64,000 nt of DNA, taken from positions 1,824,001-1,888,000 of the forward strand of contig OZ244905.1 in the NCBI GenBank assembly GCA_965221695.1, read 5' to 3'. The notes under the pieces were generated by a model, which was given only the letters and a program-made list of their open reading frames with translations, searched no databases and was not told the DNA's origin. The translations under genes were made by a program, and so were the position numbers. Positions within the stretch are counted from its first letter, which is position 1. Each line of letters opens with the position of its first letter. Positions 61,725 to 64,000 of this stretch are shown here, piece by piece. This stretch comes from Gammaproteobacteria bacterium. GTDB taxonomy: Bacteria > Pseudomonadota > Gammaproteobacteria > Eutrophobiales > Eutrophobiaceae.

Positions 61725-62990
61725 ATGAAAATACTCATCATTGGCGCCGGCATACAAGGGATCACAACCGCCTGGTACCTGAACCGATACCAGGTTGATG
61801 TCACAGTGCTGGAGCGTAACGAGGGGCCAGGGCTGGACTGCAGTTTCGCCAATGGCGGCGGGATAACCGCCGGCTTCTGTGAGCCCTGGAACGCGCCGGG
61901 GATACACAGAACGTTGTGGCAGTCCCTGGGCAGACAGGATTCGCCGATACTGTTACACCTCAAGTCCATTCCCGGTATGTTGTCCTGGGGCCTGGGGTTT
62001 TTACGGGCATCCCGAAAGGAAACCTTTATCGAAAACGTTAAGCGCAATTGCGCATTGGCCAATTATTCCATCGCACTGATGAAGGAAATACGGGAAGAAA
62101 CGGATATCGATTACCGGCATTCCGGCGCCGGCACTTTGCTGCTGTTTCGCAACCAGGAGTCCCTGGATGGACATATCGAACATGCCGGCTTTCTGCGTGA
62201 AGAATGCGGGGCGGCAAACAGGGCGCTGGACCGGGATGAACTGGTCGCCCTGGAGCCTTCCCTGCAACCGATTCGTGACCAACTCGTGGGAGGAATACAC
62301 TTTCCCGGCGACGAGACCGGGGATTGTCATATTTTTTGCGGGAAGATCGCCGAACTATTACAGAACATCGGCGTGGATTTTCGTTACGGCGCCGGCGCCA
62401 CACGAATCGTCCGGGAGGGTTCATCGTTCAAGGTTCAGTTGTCCGCGGGCGGCGCCCTGACCGCGGATGCGGTTGTCGTCGCCGCCGGCGCATACAGCCC
62501 GAAGCTGGCGCGTCCACTGGGGGTCCGTATCCCTGTCTATCCGGCGAAAGGCTACTCGTTGACGATCTCCATGGATGGCTGGAAAAACCGGCCGCGGCAT
62601 ATCATGGGCGACATGGACTTGCACGCCGGGATAAATCCATTGGGCGATGAAGTCCTGAGGGTCGCAGGCACTGCAGAATTTACCGGTTTCGACAAATCGA
62701 TTCCTGCTGCCCGGACAGGCAACCTGGTCAGGCTGGTTGAGGCTGTTTTTCCTGAATTGGCGAGGATCATGGATCGGGATTCGCTCAACCCGTGGACGGG
62801 GTTAAGACCTATGAGCAGCGATGGTGTGCCGATTCTCGGGAAAACACCGGCGCCCGGACTCTATCTGAATACCGGCCAGGGACATCTCGGCTGGACCATG
62901 GCGGCGGCATCGGGGCGGGTGGTGGCGGATGTCATCATCGGAAAGACACCGGCAGTGGACCTGACTCACTACTCGATGAACAGGTTTTGA
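61725..62990 (+). CDS. D-amino acid dehydrogenase (DadA-like)
   Basis: IIGAGIQG, SFANGG, VYPAKGYS, RVAGTAE, WTGLRPM, NTGQGHLGWT. Confidence 0.88.
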   Translation: MKILIIGAGIQGITTAWYLNRYQVDVTVLERNEGPGLDCSFANGGGITAGFCEPWNAPGIHRTLWQSLGRQDSPILLHLKSIPGMLSWGLGFLRASRKETFIENVKRNCALANYSIALMKEIREETDIDYRHSGAGTLLLFRNQESLDGHIEHAGFLREECGAANRALDRDELVALEPSLQPIRDQLVGGIHFPGDETGDCHIFCGKIAELLQNIGVDFRYGAGATRIVREGSSFKVQLSAGGALTADAVVVAAGAYSPKLARPLGVRIPVYPAKGYSLTISMDGWKNRPRHIMGDMDLHAGINPLGDEVLRVAGTAEFTGFDKSIPAARTGNLVRLVEAVFPELARIMDRDSLNPWTGLRPMSSDGVPILGKTPAPGLYLNTGQGHLGWTMAAASGRVVADVIIGKTPAVDLTHYSMNRF

Positions 62991-63003
62991 CAGGTCGAAA
63001 AAA

Positions 63004-64000
63004 ATGCTCAATTCAATAGTGGAACATCGACCCGGTTGGAAATGTCTGCATGGATTTGCCAATGTCCTGTTTCTGGCGCTTATCTGTTCTACCTGCGCCA
63101 CTGCAGCAGACTATGATGTCGCCATTCTGAACGGCAGGGTGATGGACCCTGAAACCGGTTTCGATCGAGTCCGGAACGTTGGACTTCGCGGCGGAATGAT
63201 AGTCGCGATCACAACCGACTCCATCTCGGGCGATAGGATTATCGATGCGACCGGGCATATCGTCACTGCGGGCTTCATCGATTCGCATGTGCACAGCCTC
63301 GATTTGTTCTCAGTTAAATTATTGATGCGGGATGGGGTCACCACGGGCATGGACCTGGAAGTGGGCGCATGGCCGGTGGGTCCTTGGTATCAAGGGAAAA
63401 AAAACAACTGGCCGATCAATTACGGCACAACCGTAAGTCAGGAGATAGTGCGCATGTCCGTGCACGATGCGAATGACGGTATCGACTTTAGCGTACCCAT
63501 AGATGCAACGGGTTTGAGCGATGCGCGAACGGCAAGCCTCAAAGACGGCATAGAGGGCTGGTCGGTGACAAAGAGCAACCTTGAGCAAATGAATGAGATT
63601 TCCCGCCGGCTTGATCAGGGTCTGAGTGAGGGCGCTCTGGGTTTAGGTTCCACTATCGGTTATATGCGTAAAGGGGTCAGCACCTACGAGATGTTTGAAG
63701 CACAACGGGCGGCAGCGCGTTATGGCCGGCTTACCGCCGCACACCTGCGGTTTCATCCGATGAACAAAACACCGACGGAATCACCCATCGGCTTTGCCGA
63801 AGCGTTCACCAACGCCGTGACGTTGCAGGCGCCCTTGTTAATCTCCCACAACAATGACTACGGCTGGTGGGAGATTGAAGAGAAACTGGCGCTGGCCAGG
63901 GAACAGGGACTCAATATGTGGTCTGAATACTATCCCTATACCGCAGGAGCCGGCCCGCTGGGCAGCGAGTTTCTGCGACCGGAAATGTGGGAGGATACGC
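63004..64000 (+). CDS. Exported D-aminoacylase-like amidohydrolase (partial, runs off the window)
   Basis: Own translation: signal peptide, YDVAILNGRVMDPETG, GFIDSHVH, DGVTTGMDLE, EYYPYTAG. Confidence 0.85.
   Translation, partial: MLNSIVEHRPGWKCLHGFANVLFLALICSTCATAADYDVAILNGRVMDPETGFDRVRNVGLRGGMIVAITTDSISGDRIIDATGHIVTAGFIDSHVHSLDLFSVKLLMRDGVTTGMDLEVGAWPVGPWYQGKKNNWPINYGTTVSQEIVRMSVHDANDGIDFSVPIDATGLSDARTASLKDGIEGWSVTKSNLEQMNEISRRLDQGLSEGALGLGSTIGYMRKGVSTYEMFEAQRAAARYGRLTAAHLRFHPMNKTPTESPIGFAEAFTNAVTLQAPLLISHNNDYGWWEIEEKLALAREQGLNMWSEYYPYTAGAGPLGSEFLRPEMWEDT

Overview
Chromosomal 64 kb window from a moderately GC-rich Gammaproteobacterium (probably marine or environmental; inference). It holds the F1F0 ATP synthase operon atpIBEFHAGDC-glmU-rraA on the minus strand and an ada-like gene with an esterase. 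A ~24 kb plus-strand amine/polyamine catabolic island (16.1-39.9 kb) encodes a class III aminotransferase, two PYROXD2/phytoene-desaturase-like flavoproteins, a GcvT-family protein, two GS-like gamma-glutamyl ligases, a Rieske oxygenase, a BetI-like TetR, PotFGHI, a TPR-sulfotransferase, a TonB receptor, an internally deleted spuC-like remnant, a tungsten AOR and PuuB. Its two promoters share a TGAATGA-N4-T(C/T)ATTCA palindrome. After it come a large type III-like restriction-modification pair, gluQ, a BisC-like molybdoenzyme, beta-oxidation genes and an amidohydrolase/D-amino-acid cluster. Three complete toxin-antitoxin pairs and one orphan antitoxin are scattered through the window. Non-coding structure includes REP/BIME-like repeats and an IS5-like MITE family (79 bp and 223 bp copies with 4-bp target duplications, plus solo ends) that carries GGA-loop hairpins and supplies stop codons to host genes. 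No rRNA, tRNA or CRISPR array was seen. All calls are from reading the sequence; no searches were run.
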